A stretch of DNA of 64,000 nt from Eledone cirrhosa (GCA_964016885.1 OZ024743.1:349308001-349372000), one strand, 5' to 3'; positions 13,475-27,142 are shown, counted from the first letter of the stretch. Notes: generated from the letters alone by a model not told the origin. Translations and numbers: made by a program.

Positions 13475-15348
13475 TTACCTTACTTCTCGTAGAGGAAGGA
13501 TGGTTTCTCCATCCTTTTCACTGCTCGTGGCCTCCTCCGGAAGGATGTCCTTACAAATCCTCCTGGAGAGTGTTTGTCGGAAGTCTCCGATGTCTTTGAG
13601 GAATTTTTGTTTTAGTATCGTGTACGTTTTCTGTGTGATGCGAGTGATTTGTATGTGTGGAGGTGGTGTGAACTTTTGGATTGTTGTGTAGTCTTTTTCT
13701 GTGATGCTTGTGTTGTGTTGGATGTAGTGTAATAATTGATTGTTGTTCAAATTTAATGCTGTGTAGTGTGTCTCGTTTTTGTTGTTTTGTTTTGTTTGCG
13801 TTTGGTATAGGTTTGTTTCTGTTACGCTTTTTGTTGACTTTTGTGGTGTTGGGGTTAATGATGGTGATGGTATTGGCGTTTGTGGTGATGGGGTTGGTGA
13901 TGCTGGTATGGATGGTGGCATATCTGTCCTAACTTTTTTGTTTGAAAATGTATTTTTTTCCCTCTGTATTTTGTTTTTGGAGGGGTAGGAAGAGAATTTT
14001 TTTCTTTTTTGGCTTCTTTTTTTATTTTTTCCTGATACCGTTTCCCACTCCTCGTCATCACAATCTGTCTCCAGTTGCGATAGGCCGGGGAGTGGAAAAT
14101 CCTTCACAGGCGTTGGTTTTGCTTGTGGCGTGGTTGATTGGGTAGGCACTGGTGCTAGTTCTGGCGCGTTGGGTGGTGGTGGTGTTGGTTTTGCTACTAT
14201 TGCTGGGGTTGTTGCTGTTACAGTGGCTTCTGTTGTTGCTGCTACAGTTGTTGCTGCCATTTCTGCTGCTGGTGGTGTTGATGGTTGAGTCACTGGGGTG
14301 GGTAAGAGAGGTGGCCTCAACCTTTTAGCCTGAGGGCAGAAAGCCCTTAGGTGGGTTCCTAGGTATTCTGCCCTCGACGATTACGGTGAGGTGGCTGCCG
14401 TCAGTGAGGTCTATTACCTCTGGGATCTCCTCTGGGATCTACTTCTGGGAACTCCGATTATCTTGGTGTTGGCCTCGATGCCGGCGAGGACGGCAGCCAT
14501 TAGCCAGGGAATTTCGATGGCCGGTGGAATGTGGGTCACCCTGATCTTCACAAGTCTCTAGCCACAATAGCTTGGGACGAGAGTGAAGTCGTCACTTCTT
14601 AATGGGGCCATGGAGTCTTCTCTGGCCTCCTGTGGTGTTTCAAAGAACACGTCCACGGTTCCATACTTCTGCCCACGTCTGATGTGGGGTTTTTATTTGC
14701 CCACACATCTCCCAAAGCTTTTTGGATTTGGGACTCGGATACCCATTCCACTCGGCGCGATTTTATGTTAATTGTCCGATAAGACACGGTGCATAGGCGA
14801 CGTTGCTCCATTTTATTAGGTGTGGGGGAAGGGGGGAGGCTGACCCTGTACCCATCTTTCTTTAACATTCCTTTGGCTTCTTCTAATTCCTCCTGAGTTA
14901 CCTGGATCGCTTCGCACGTTTTTCCTACTCTGGCAAAACTCAGGTTAGTTTTCTTAATTTCATTGTTGCTGTTGTTGTTATTGTTATTTTTGCTATTGTT
15001 AATTTTAGTTTCAGTTGTGGTGGTGGTGGCGTCAGTTGTGTTCGGTGTGGAAGAGTTCATTTTGTTTGAATTCATTTCGATATCACGAGTTAATTTATTC
15101 TTTTTCTTTTGTTTCTGTTGTCGCTGTGGTGGTGGTGGGGTGGTGGTTGTCGCGGTGGTGGTGGTGGTGTTGGCGGCTTTAACACCTGCAGTCATTGGTA
15201 ATGGCGGGAAATGAACGTCTGTCTGAGACAAATTTAAAATATTGCTACTGCTTACATTTCCAGTGTTGGAAAACGTAGCATTATTTACAATGGTGGTGTC
15301 GGTGTGAGGTGTTAGAGTGTGAGGAAGGAGTGACTCTGAGTCAGCCAT
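13475..15348 (-). pseudogene. Tx1-type ORF1 remnant (disrupted)
   Basis: 249-aa and 281-aa pieces, Thr/Pro-rich with WETVSGKNKKR and SFARV motifs, lying directly upstream of the ORF2 start. Confidence 0.7.
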
Positions 15349-15563
15349 GATTTTTCAAACAAAAATGTTTGTTTGATAATTATAAAAAGGTTAAATTTTG
15401 GGTTCAAGGCCCCAATATTTTTGAGTGTCCAGAAATCAATGTATGTGCACTTATATAGAGTTAACAATAAACATTTTCCATAAATGGCAATTTTAAACAA
15501 CTGAAAATAACAAACCTTTGCGGAGCTCACGATGATACGATTTACTACGTAGGGCGCCAATAA

Positions 15564-15601
<38 letters not shown>

Positions 15602-15603
<2 letters not shown>

Positions 15604-16928
15604 TGACAATGAAGAAGGATACAAGTATTTGGGTGTTCTGGAGGCTGATGACATCAAGAACAAAAAAATGAAGGAATTGATAAGATCTGAGTACATTAGG
15701 ATAGTAAGGAGCGTATTAAAATCACATCTAAATAGTAGGAATGTCATAAGTGCAGTGAATTCCCTAGCTGTGTCTATTATTAGGTGCAGTGCGGGAATTC
15801 TGAAATGGAATGTTGCTGAACAAAAAGAAATGGATAGGAAGACAAGGAAGCTATTGACTATCTACAACATGTTCCACAAGATGAGTGATGTCGATAGACT
15901 CTACTTAAGGAGATCTGAAGGTGGAAGAGGTCTTATCAGCATAGAGGACTGTGTTCAGATGGAGAAAAACAACCTACACGAATACGTGACTGATAGAAAG
16001 GAGCCAATGCTCAGAATTGTACTGAAGGAGAGGACAATAGATCATGGGATGTCCAAGGAGGAAATAACAACAAGGGGAAAGAGCAGCCTTCATGAAAAAT
16101 CCCTTTGTAGTACCTTCTTTGAGAAAACTGAATTTAGAGATCCACAGACATGGAACTGGTTGAAAAGAAGGGACCTTAAAAAGGCTACAGAAGGAATGCT
16201 AATGGCTGCGCAAGCGCAGGCTCTCAAAACGGAGTGGTTGAAACAACCATATTTACAAGGCGGAGGCTAGCCCACTGTGCAGGATCTGTGGAGAGAGAGA
16301 GAGGAGACTGTGGCTCACATTGTATCCGAGTGTAAACACCTAGCCCAGACTCACTATAAGTCCTGGAGACATGATGTGATGGGCAGGGTGATCCACTGGC
16401 ACCTATGCAAAGTAAACAATTTACCACATTCTGAGAAGTGGTATGAGCATAAGCCATAGTCGGTGATAGAAAACGATCAGGTGAAGGTGCTATGGGATTT
16501 TAGGATACAGACGGACAAGAAACTGGAACACAAAATATCTGACCTGGTGGTTTTGGACAATGAAAGAAGATCGTGCCTGATTGTGGATGTAGCTTGCCCA
16601 TTCGACACAAGTGTGCAAGAGAAGGAGAGGGAGAAAATTAACCGATACCAGGACTTAAAGTGGAAGGTAAAAAGGATTTGGAACTGCCATGAAGTCAAAA
16701 TGGTCCCGATTGTCATAGGCGCACTAGGTACTATCTCAAAAGGTTTCCAGGGATGGCTAAAGAAAATTGGCCCCTTCACGCTTTTTGGAACGCTTCAAAA
16801 GGCATGCTTGCTGGGAACAGCAATAACCCTCCGATACGTCCTGAATATCGGAAACTGCAGGTAATGGCTTGATATTCATTTCAACAAACTTTCCAGTTAA
16901 CTAACATCAATGACTGAGACTCAAAGAA
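15602..16928 (+). mobile_element. 5'-truncated R4/Dong-type non-LTR retrotransposon (RT C-terminus, CCHC knuckle, restriction-like endonuclease)
   Basis: YKYLGVLE...DRLYLRRSEGGRGL; CRIC...ETVAHIVSEC; RHD; LWDFRIQTD..SDLVV..IVDVACPFD..EK..RY..L; VIGALG. Has frameshifts and a stop. (TAA)n on both sides. Confidence 0.92.
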
Positions 16929-16929
16929 C

Positions 16930-16958
<29 letters not shown>

Positions 16959-16960
<2 letters not shown>

Positions 16961-17510
16961 GGAGCATCAACCACCTCCCATACTTGAAAAAGATCACATC
17001 TCAATCTTGTGGAACTTTAGCATCTAAACAGACGGAAAATTAGATGCAAATAGACCTGATATAATACTTAAGGACTTTAAAAAGAGGGTATGCCTGCTAA
17101 TTGATATGTCCGTTCCAATAGACAAGAATGTATCTATAAACACATTTGAAAAATTGAGCAAGTATAAGGACCTGGAGATAGAAATTGGAAAAGTGTGGAA
17201 ATTGAGAACTAAAACAATACCAGTGGTTGTAGGCGCTCTAGGAATGATACCTAAGGGGTCTAATGATTACTTATCGCAAATCCCAGGAAACCAGCCTATA
17301 GAAGAAATACAAAAGATAGTACTAATGAGAACTGCACATATACTGAGGAAGATTCTGTCAATATAAGTACATCACAAGTCTAAACACCTAAAGATGCATG
17401 TGTGTGTATGTATGTTCTTTCTTGAACATGGCGGACCTTGTTGTCTCTTGAGGTCACTGGTTGTGACTTGGTGACAACTCGTATGAACATAAAGCAAGAT
17501 AAATGCAACT
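16959..17510 (+). mobile_element. Second R4/Dong-family 3' fragment (RLE + 3'UTR)
   Basis: NRPDIILKDFKKRVCLLIDMSVPIDKNVSINTFEKLSKYKDLEIEI...PVVVGALG...TAHILRKILSI, bounded by (TAA)n. Confidence 0.88.
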
Positions 17511-17541
<31 letters not shown>

Positions 17542-17903
17542 TGATTTTTTTAATAATAATAGTAATGACTTCATTTATTGTCCACAAGGGCCGACATGTA
17601 GGGGACAATAAAATAATAGTAATAATAATAACAATCCCCTCACCATCACACTGCACCAGCTAAGCTCTAATTAATTTAATTACATGAAATATCTTTAGAA
17701 ATGTGCATGAAACATTTGATGGTATCTCAGTTGCTTTTATTGACGATGGCCATTTTCATTGGTGCATGATGTTTTATGAAAGAATACAAAACAATGCATG
17801 GCGGACTTTTTAATTATCAAACACGTTATTCGTAGCATTTTTCAGTCTATGTGAATGTGTGTATGCTTTAAATATATATATATATATATAATAATATATA
17901 ATA

Positions 17904-17976
<73 letters not shown>

Positions 17977-18008
17977 CGATCAAAAGATGGTTAAAGGAGT
18001 TCCATGTA

Positions 18009-18075
18009 TTTTATTATGCGCATTTCAAAAACAAACATCATCATGCAATAATATTTGTGTTTTCATCAGATAAAA
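18009..18075 (-). ncRNA. Type-I hammerhead ribozyme (mirror of 19171-19237)
   Basis: Reverse complement of the right-arm motif, core intact. Confidence 0.8.
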
Positions 18076-19170
18076 CAGGAGAACATGATATGAAGGCTAA
18101 AAAACACTTGTGGATAGTGCAGTTTTAAATCTACATATGAAAAGTGGTTTTAGATTGATGTGTGATATTGGGAAAAATATTTTATTTAGAGAGGGGGGTG
18201 GAAAGGATGAAAAAAGGAGGAGGAGATGAGAGGGAGAGATGGGTGATAGAGAGAAAGAGATAGCTTTTATAACTGAGAGGAGATATACTGTCCCACACAG
18301 AGAGGTTGAAAACCGTTGGAAGATAATGTATAAACCCCAAAAAAATTTTGAAAATCAACGAAAGGAGGATATGTGCGAGGAAAAAGTATTTTATTTAAGG
18401 AGGGGGGCTGGAAAGGATGAAAAAAAGGGGGAGGAGATGAGAGTGAAGGTGGAGAGGGAGAGATGGGCGATAGAGAGAAAGAGATAGTTTTTATAACTGA
18501 GAGAAAGATACATTGCCTTACACAGAGAGGTTGAGAAACCGTTGGAAGATAATGTATAAATTAAAGGAATTTGAAAATTAACGAAGGGAATTTATGTATG
18601 AAGATAGAGAGAAGAAATAATAATTGTGGATGAATATTCTAACGTCAAAAAAATTTCGTTAATTTTCAAATTCCTTTAATTTATACATTATCTTCCAACG
18701 GTTTCTCAACCTCTCTGTGTAAGGCAATGTATCTTTCTCTCAGTTATAAAAACTATCTCTTTCTCTCTATCGCCCATCTCTCCCTCTCCACCTTCACTCT
18801 CATCTCCTCCCCCTTTTTTTCATCCTTTCCAGCCCCCCTCCTTAAATAAAATACTTTTTCCTCGCACATATCCTCCTTTCGTTGATTTTCAAAAATTTTT
18901 TGGGGTTTATACATTATCTTCCAACGGTTTTCAACCTCTCTGTGTGGGACAGTATATCTCCTCTCAGTTATAAAAGCTATCTCTTTCTCTCTATCACCCA
19001 TCTCTCCCTCTCATCTCCTCCCCCTTTTTTCATCCTTTCCACCCCCCACCCCCTCTCTAAATAAAATATTTTTCCCAATATCACACATCAATCTAAAACC
19101 ACTTTTCATATGTAGATTTAAAACTGCACTATCCACAAGTGTTTTTTAGCCTTCATATCATGTTCTCCTG

Positions 19171-19237
19171 TTTTATCTGATGAAAACACAAATATTATTG
19201 CATGATGATGTTTGTTTTTGAAATGCGCATAATAAAA
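19171..19237 (+). ncRNA. Type-I hammerhead ribozyme
   Basis: UUUUAU-CUGAUGA-36-nt stem II hairpin-GAA-AUGCGCAU-A-AUAAAA, with palindromic stem III and predicted cleavage after 19231. Confidence 0.82.
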
Positions 19238-19360
19238 TACATGGAACTCCTTTAACCATCTTTTGATCTTATATTATGCATACTCCAGTCCTACAAACTG
19301 TAGAGTGCTTCTTATCCGATATCTGCATTGCTTTATTGTACTACAATAAAACTCACCTCC

Positions 19361-19398
<38 letters not shown>

Positions 19399-19687
19399 TA
19401 TATATTAATACATGTGTGATTGTGTGTATGTGTGTGTGCATGCTTGTGTGTGTGACTGTGTGTCTGTGTGTGTTGATGAATAACTAAATACTTATGAATT
19501 AGTGTGCGTGCATGTGGCTATCTGTATCCTTTTCATGTCTGCGAGTGGCTATGAATAGAATTTTTTCGTCTATTGTTTTATGACACTACATTTTCATATA
19601 CTTACAATGTCTGTCTCTCCTCACCAACTGCTTTTCTCTCACTCTCTCTCTCTCTTCTCTCTTTATCTGTATGTATATATATATATG

Positions 19688-19786
<99 letters not shown>

Positions 19787-19790
19787 AAGC

Positions 19791-20240
19791 AACGAGTAGG
19801 ACCCCGACGGCTGAGCTCAAGCCGTTTCGACGGCTAATTCTGGACCTCGAAACGGCTTGAGCTCAGCCGTCGGGGTCCTACTCGTTCCTATTACCCACTC
19901 TACTACCCTAAGTATTGAGTACTTTGGTGCGTTCTGGTCCACCTGGTTCCTTACCACATTTCTTCCGTTATGTATATATATGTATATATATATACATAAC
20001 GGAATAAATGTGGTAAGGAACCAGGTGGACCAGAACGCACCAAAGTACTCAATACTTAGGGTAGTAGAGTGGGTAATAGGAAAATGTTTAATCCCGACGA
20101 CAGAGCTCAAGCCGTTTCGACGGCTATTTCTGGACGTCGGGGTTAAACATTTTCCTATTACCCACTCTACTACCCTTAGTATTGAGTACTCTGGTGCGTT
20201 ATGGTCCATCTGGTTCCTTACCGCGCTTCCTTCGTTATAT
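19791..20240. repeat. Four alternating inverted arms of a pLTR-like repeat carrying the 3' half of a hammerhead
   Basis: 19791-19830/19847-19886, 19885-19980/19988-20082 and ~20000-20099/20135-20240. GAAACGGC-ttgagctca-GCCGTC-GGGG is stem III plus a GUC site. Related copies at 35249-35450 and 60559-60605. Confidence 0.8.
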
Positions 20241-21745
20241 ATATTTATATTTAAAGTAATTAGGTCATTAATAATTTGTACATATATTTGCCATCTCACC
20301 AATGATCGGTGCCATGCACCGTTTCAGAGGATACAAGGTTTAGTCCAAAATATCACTGCGTATATATTTTCTTTTTATACGGGTTGTGTTCCCTTAGATA
20401 TATTCAAATATATTATATCGGGTATGCGTACAAAACGTATTATTTCTATAAGACTGTATAGTGCTAAATTCATTTTATTCTGTTTCAATGCTTTTCTCTC
20501 TCACAAGATCTTACGCAGTATTATGTAATATTATGGAGCCCAGTTACATAACATTGCTTGACTTAAATCTTCACTGAGGCACGTCTTCATAAAAAGATAT
20601 GGCACATCGAACAGACCACGTGTTTTATATACCCAAATAAATGGGAAACAAAAAATAAAAAAATAAAAATAAGACTAAAAATACAACACAATAAATAAAA
20701 AAGAAAAAAACGTAGAATAGTGCAATTAATTATAAAAAGACTACAAGTCGAAAATAAGAAGAAATAGAAAGAAGAGTTAAGGAAAAGCAAGCTAGCATAT
20801 ATCATTTAACCTCCTCAACAAAGCATAAAACTCATATTACATGCCGATGTCGTGAGAAGAGAAATAGTGACTTATACAGTATTGTTCATGAAGAGGCGGG
20901 AACAATTATTGACTTCATTTACACAGAAACGTCATCTACAAGTCAAAGAATAATTAGGATGTTAACATGCATAATATAATTAACATCAAGCCACTATATT
21001 AAATGTATGCAGTCCGTAACAGGCTTAAAATATCAGAGATCATTGGCATATTTCTGAGGTCTTTGCGGGTAAACAGAAGTGGCAAGCCTTAACAAAAGAA
21101 GAAAGTAAACTAATGTCATATAGTGTACGGAAGTAGTAATTCGAATCTTCAAGACAAACATATAGAATACATATTGTATGCAATTTGAGTGAAAATGGTT
21201 AAACACACACACACATACACTGTAACACAGACACACACATGCACACAGATATATAAACTCACACCCTCTCAAACATGAATCCATTTCCCCCCTCTTTCTC
21301 TGCCTTGTACTTTATTCCACCCACCTCCTTTCTCGTGCCTATCTTACTTTCCTGGCCGTCCTTCGTTAATTAAGACGATTTCATATATTCTACGACGTCA
21401 TTGTAGTGATTGTCTTTTTACCAGTTCTCTCTTCATCATCTTGCTCATTTAGAATGTTATTCGGTGCAAGGCTTCTTACTCGACATAATTTTGCCCCTGA
21501 TCTTATAGTTTTCAGATGTCGATGATAAAAAGAAGAGGGGTGGTTTTAAATTAGCATATTCTGTTTAATTACATAATCCTGTTATGTGTATATCAAATAT
21601 GTCAAAATGATAGCATAATAACACTTTGACGTATTCTATTTAGAAAGGTGGAACGTTGTGGTGTTTAGTTTTTTATATGCTGCTGGAGTTATTAACATTT
21701 AAAATCCGTCTCTCTTCTTTATAACATACACATACAGACATACAG

Positions 21746-21813
<68 letters not shown>

Positions 21814-22088
21814 ATATATATAGGTATACATACATACTTGCATACATATATACATGCATATATACAAAAAAAAACCCGAGCTACACAAAAATATAATATG
21901 CGTATGTGCCTGTATATATATATATATATATTGGAATAAATGCTCTGAAATAGCGATATATATGTGAAGATAGACATAGAATATTCGAAAATATTCTGTA
22001 TGTTTATAATAAACATTTTGAAGACCTAATCGCTATAGAATAGAATACGTCACGTATTACAATTAGATTCTCGATAAAAGCAAGGGAA

Positions 22089-22131
22089 GTAACCTACGCG
22101 TTTCATTCTTATTAGAAATCTTCAGGATTAC
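22089..22131 (-). ncRNA. Minimal type-I hammerhead (array copy 1)
   Basis: Reverse complement reads GUAAUC-CUGAAGA-uUUCU(aaua)AGAAu-GAA-ACGCGU-A-GGUUAC. Confidence 0.85.
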
Positions 22132-22398
22132 ATATCCAGTGCTTTTATCGAGAATGACACAGCTAGAGACTTATAGAATACTTAGCTGTGTACAGGAACT
22201 GGTTTGAAAGAGCGGTTGCAGGTCCGGCAGAAATTAGAAATTGGAATAAATGCTCTGAAATAGCGATATATATGTGAAGATAGACATAGAATATTCGAAA
22301 ATATTCTGTATGTTTATAATAAACATTTTGAAGACCTAATCGCTATAGAACAGAATACGTCACGTATTACAATTAGATTCTCGATAAAAGCAAGGGAA

Positions 22399-22441
22399 GT
22401 AACCTACGCGTTTCATTCTTATTAGAAATCTTCAGGATTAC
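22399..22441 (-). ncRNA. Minimal type-I hammerhead (array copy 2)
   Basis: Identical motif 310 bp from copy 1. Confidence 0.85.
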
Positions 22442-22912
22442 ATATCCAGTGCTTTTATCGAGAATGACACAGCTAGAGACTTATAGAATACTTAGCTGTG
22501 TACAGGAACTGGTTTGAAAGAGCGGTTGCCGGTCCGGCAGAAATTAGAAATTGGAATAAATGCTCTGAAATAGCGATATATATGTGAAGATAGACATAGA
22601 ATATTCGAAAATATTCTGTATGTTTATAATAAACATTTTGAAGACCTAATCGCTATAGAATAGAATACTAATTGTAATACGTGACGTATTCTATTCTATA
22701 GCGATTAGGTCTTCAAAATGTTTATTATAAACATACAGAATATTTTCGAATATTCTATGTCTATCTTCACATATATATCGCTATTTCAGAGCATTTATTC
22801 CAATTTCTAATTTCTGCCGGACCGGCAACCGCTCTTTCAAACCAGTTCCTGTACACAGCTAAGTATTCTATAAGTCTCTAGCTGTGTCATTCTCGATAAA
22901 AGGACTTGATAT

Positions 22913-22955
22913 GTAATCCTGAAGATTTCTAATAAGAATGAAACGCGTAGGTTAC
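22913..22955 (+). ncRNA. Minimal type-I hammerhead (array copy 3)
   Basis: GTAATC CTGAAGA TTTCTAATAAGAAT GAAACGCGTA GGTTAC; predicted cleavage after 22949. Confidence 0.85.
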
Positions 22956-23220
22956 TTCCCTTGCTTTTATCGAGAATCTAATTGTAATACGTGACGTATT
23001 CTGTTCTATAGCGATTAGGTCTTCAAAATGTTTATTATAAACACAGAATATTTTCGAATATTCTATGTCTATCTTCACATATATATCGCTATTTCAGAGC
23101 ATTTATTCCAATTTCTAATTTCTGCCGGACCGGCAACCGCTCTTTCAAACCAGTTCCTGTACACAGCTAAGTATTCTATAAGTCTCTAGCTGTGTCATTC
23201 TCGATAAAAGCACTGGATAT

Positions 23221-23263
23221 GTAATCCTGAAGATTTCTAATAAGAATGAAACGCGTAGGTTAC
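23221..23263 (+). ncRNA. Minimal type-I hammerhead (array copy 4)
   Basis: Same motif; predicted cleavage after 23257. Closed distally by a perfect 16-bp helix ATTCTCGATAAAAGCA/TGCTTTTATCGAGAAT. Confidence 0.87.
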
Positions 23264-23530
23264 TTCCCTTGCTTTTATCGAGAATCTAATTGTAATACGT
23301 GACGTATTCTATTCTATAGCGATTAGGTCTTCAAAATGTTTATTATAAACATACAGAATATTTTCGAATATTCTATGTCTATCTTCACATATATATCGCT
23401 ATTTCAGAGCATTTATTCCAATTTCTAATTTCTGCCGGACCGGCAACCGCTCTTTCAAACCAGTTCCTGTACACAGCTAAGTATTCTATAAGTCTCTAGC
23501 TGTGTCATTCTCGATAAAAGCACTGGCTAT

Positions 23531-23573
23531 GTAATCCTGAAGATTTCTAATAAGAATGAAACGCGTAGGTTAC
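23531..23573 (+). ncRNA. Minimal type-I hammerhead (array copy 5)
   Basis: Same motif; predicted cleavage after 23567. Confidence 0.87.
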
Positions 23574-23692
23574 TTCCCTTGCTTTTATCGAGAATCTAAT
23601 TGTAATACGTGACGTATTCTATTCTATAGCGATTAGGTCTTCAAAATGTTTATTATAAACATACAGAATATTTTCGAATATTCTATGTCTAT

Positions 23693-23794
<102 letters not shown>

Positions 23795-23987
23795 ATGTGT
23801 GTGTGTATGTATGTATATGAACATGTGTATTAAAAGGTATATGGTTATAGAAATACGTATGTACACATCTATATGCATATGCCTATAAAGACATATGCAC
23901 ACCCATATAATTCTGTGTACGTTTGTGTTTGAGTGTGTGTGTCTGCCTGAGAGAAAGAGAGAAGGCTAGGGGAAAAGATATGTAGAA

Positions 23988-24024
<37 letters not shown>

Positions 24025-24237
24025 AGGGGTGCATCATTTTCAATGTGTTGGAATGTATAAAATCATACGTATATTCTCTTTTAACTCTTTCTAATTTTAT
24101 TCCGCCATTCTTTTGAAAGTGGCAAGTAAAATAATTCAATCTATAAGACTTGTAATATTAAACAGTTTAAACAGGAACGGTGGAAACTTATGGAGAAATG
24201 AGATTCTTCATTTCTATGAAATGTTACTACTATTTTT

Positions 24238-24398
24238 ATTTCTTCTTCTTCTTCTTCTTCTTCTTCTTCTTCTTCTTCTTCTTCTTCTTCTTCTTCTTCT
24301 TCTTCTTCTTCTTCTTCTTCTTCTTCTTCTTGTGCTGCTGCTGCTGCTACTACTACTAATACAACTACTAATACTACTACTGCTACTACTACTACTAT
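24238..24398. repeat. Compound trinucleotide microsatellite (TTC)n-(CTG)n-(CTA)n
   Basis: Direct reading. Confidence 0.95.
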
Positions 24399-25234
24399 GA
24401 TCATTGTTGTTAATTTCTCCTTTGTCTCAAGTATTCATCTTCAGTTTCCTGCAGGGAGTGAGACCTGTTTTAAAACTATTTGCTTTTCCTTGCACTATAG
24501 GTTTCTTTTTGTCTTGTTGTACTATGGCTCGCCTCCATTTATGTTTGCTCCACAATTTTCGCATCACCTATATCTTCCTTTCTGATTCTTTAACTGTGTT
24601 TCTCTGTACAAATCTTGATATCTTGCTCATTTGTATCACAAATCTGATATTATTTGCTTCTATATATGTATATATGCATAAACCTCGTTATGTATATGTG
24701 CGCATATATGAGAGGGCCGTTGGATGCTTCGTTTTGGCATGAATTCCTTTGTTTGAATTCAATCACTAAACCACGTATTTTAGTCTACGATGAATTCTTC
24801 CTCTTTGCATTAGAGATAGAGTGTCGGAATGCCGCGAACTGCTGGATAGCTTATCCAGTGATAATGGCTAACACGCACTACATGGACCTATCTTATGACT
24901 TGGGCAACCCTGCTGAAGACATGTAATAGCACGATTACGTAAATAATCGCTGATATTGCATTATTTTCTGAACATTGCTGATGTAATATCTGCATTTGTG
25001 AAGTTATATTACTCAGAAGCGATATCGTGCAGGAGTTGAGATATTTTACTTGTATCTCTACCAGAACACAGCCAACGCATCTGCTATTAACTAAATGTGA
25101 GCATTCTGAACAACTGATTGCAGCTGCATTACTGCAATGCAGTAGATTCATTGAGTCAGCTAGACGCTGGTCGGAGAACGTTGAATTAATATCTGCGATC
25201 TTCGTTACTTTTATTATTATATATATATATATAG

Positions 25235-25423
25235 GGCGGTGAATTGGCAGTATCGGTAGAGGGTCGGACGCCATGCTTTCCAGCATAGTTACGTCCCTTT
25301 AACGTCTGAGTTCAAATCCCGCCGAGGTTAACTTTACCTTTCATCCTTACCGGGTCAATAAAATAAAGTACCAGTAATGAACTGGGTATTTGCTGGCCTT
25401 GTGCTAAAAGTAGAAACAATTAT
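25235..25423 (+). mobile_element. tRNA-derived SINE (same family as 8398-8580)
   Basis: GGCGGTGAATTGGCAGTATCGGTAGAG...GAGTTCAAATCCCGCCGAGG...TGGCCTTGTGCTAAAAGTAGAAAC. Confidence 0.9.
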
Positions 25424-25448
25424 TAAATATTGATATATATATATATAT

Positions 25449-25530
25449 GAGGTTTTGAGTTCGATTCCCGGACCGGGCGATGCGTAATGTCCTAGAGCAA
25501 GACACTTTATTTGATGTTGCTCCTTCTACC
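25449..25530 (+). mobile_element. Partial second-type tRNA SINE
   Basis: B-box GAGTTCGATTCCC followed by TGTCCTAGAGCAAGACACTTTAT, as at 49604-49712. Confidence 0.65.
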
Positions 25531-25665
25531 TGGTTTTGTGACCGACAGATACTATTAGCAATTGGAAAGACCAATGGAAACATTGTTTCCTCGGTTCGAT
25601 TTGACGAGCTCCACCCCACTCGTTAAGCGAATGAGGTCTTGGATCTTATCGATCGACTTTCGATA

Positions 25666-25771
25666 TATAGGGTGTCCCCAAAAAATTGTATAGACAGTTT
25701 AACAGCATATTTTAATAAATATTGCCTGTACATGTAATTAAAGTGTGTATACATTTTGGGAGACACACTTG
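25666..25771. mobile_element. Tc1/mariner-type MITE
   Basis: Imperfect TIRs TATAGGGTGTCCCCAAAAAATTGTATA / TATACATTTTGGGAGACACACTTG. Confidence 0.55.
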
Positions 25772-25954
25772 ATCTATAATAGCGTGCAGACTTGTCTAAT
25801 GGGGTCAACAGATTATGGACTCACACACGCATCGTACGAACACACATGAGCATGTACACAAACATAAATATGCTATTTAATACATAGACTGCATTATTAT
25901 GTTTACAATAACAAGACCATATAAACAATCACGGGGGATTCGCAGAAGCATTTG

Positions 25955-26140
25955 AGTGTTGGTGGATAGATATTGCAATGTGTTGCCACGGCTGTCTAAG
26001 TTCTGGTTTTAAATAACATCTAGCTGAACTTTGCATTTCCCCCTTCCAAGTTCGATAAAATAAAGTACCAGCCATGTATTGGGGTAGATATAATATGTGT
26101 TCCCTTCCAAATCACACTGCTGAGCTTGTGACTAATTCGG
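25955..26140 (+). mobile_element. Old diverged SINE copy
   Basis: AACTTTGCATTTCCCCCTTCCAAGTTCGATAAAATAAAGTACCAG core. Confidence 0.6.
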
Positions 26141-26339
26141 AGCCATTGCAGAGTTGTAAAATCGTTGAATTGTCTGCAATAGTGATGTTAGTGTTTCAAT
26201 GGTTAATTAATTGAAATATGTGTGAATGTATGACGGCATATAAGTATTTACGGATTTTGACAAAAAGCTTCATATTGTGTGTTTTTGTGTATATATATTT
26301 CAAAGGAAAAGATATCTATATATATATATATATATATAT

Positions 26340-26411
<72 letters not shown>

Positions 26412-26437
26412 CCACATATCGTATTTCAGTATACAGT

Positions 26438-27142
<705 letters not shown>

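Larger units (their letters stand above)
11534..15558 (-). mobile_element. Tx1/L1-clade LINE with both ends present but the endonuclease/RT N-terminus internally deleted; flanked by (TAA)n
   Basis: ORF1 remnants at 15348-13475. ORF2 start MTSLRI is joined directly to SKALDRVDH near 13425. The 3'UTR ends ...CCCTTGTGGTTAATAAAGAAAG. TAA tracts at 11513-11533 and 15559-15601. Confidence 0.85.
17969..19277. mobile_element. 1.3-kb near-perfect palindromic non-coding element with terminal hammerheads
   Basis: Arms 17969-18585 and 18655-19277 with a 69-bp spacer. Each arm holds an internal ~215-bp tandem duplication. Left end abuts (TA)n. Confidence 0.9.

Noticed and set aside
18239-19001. Near-identical 82-aa ORF pair on opposite strands
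   Set aside because: By-product of the purine-rich palindrome arms; no recognisable domain.
24650-25210. Moderately complex unique sequence that might be a host exon
   Set aside because: No recognisable peptide or convincing splice-bounded frame.
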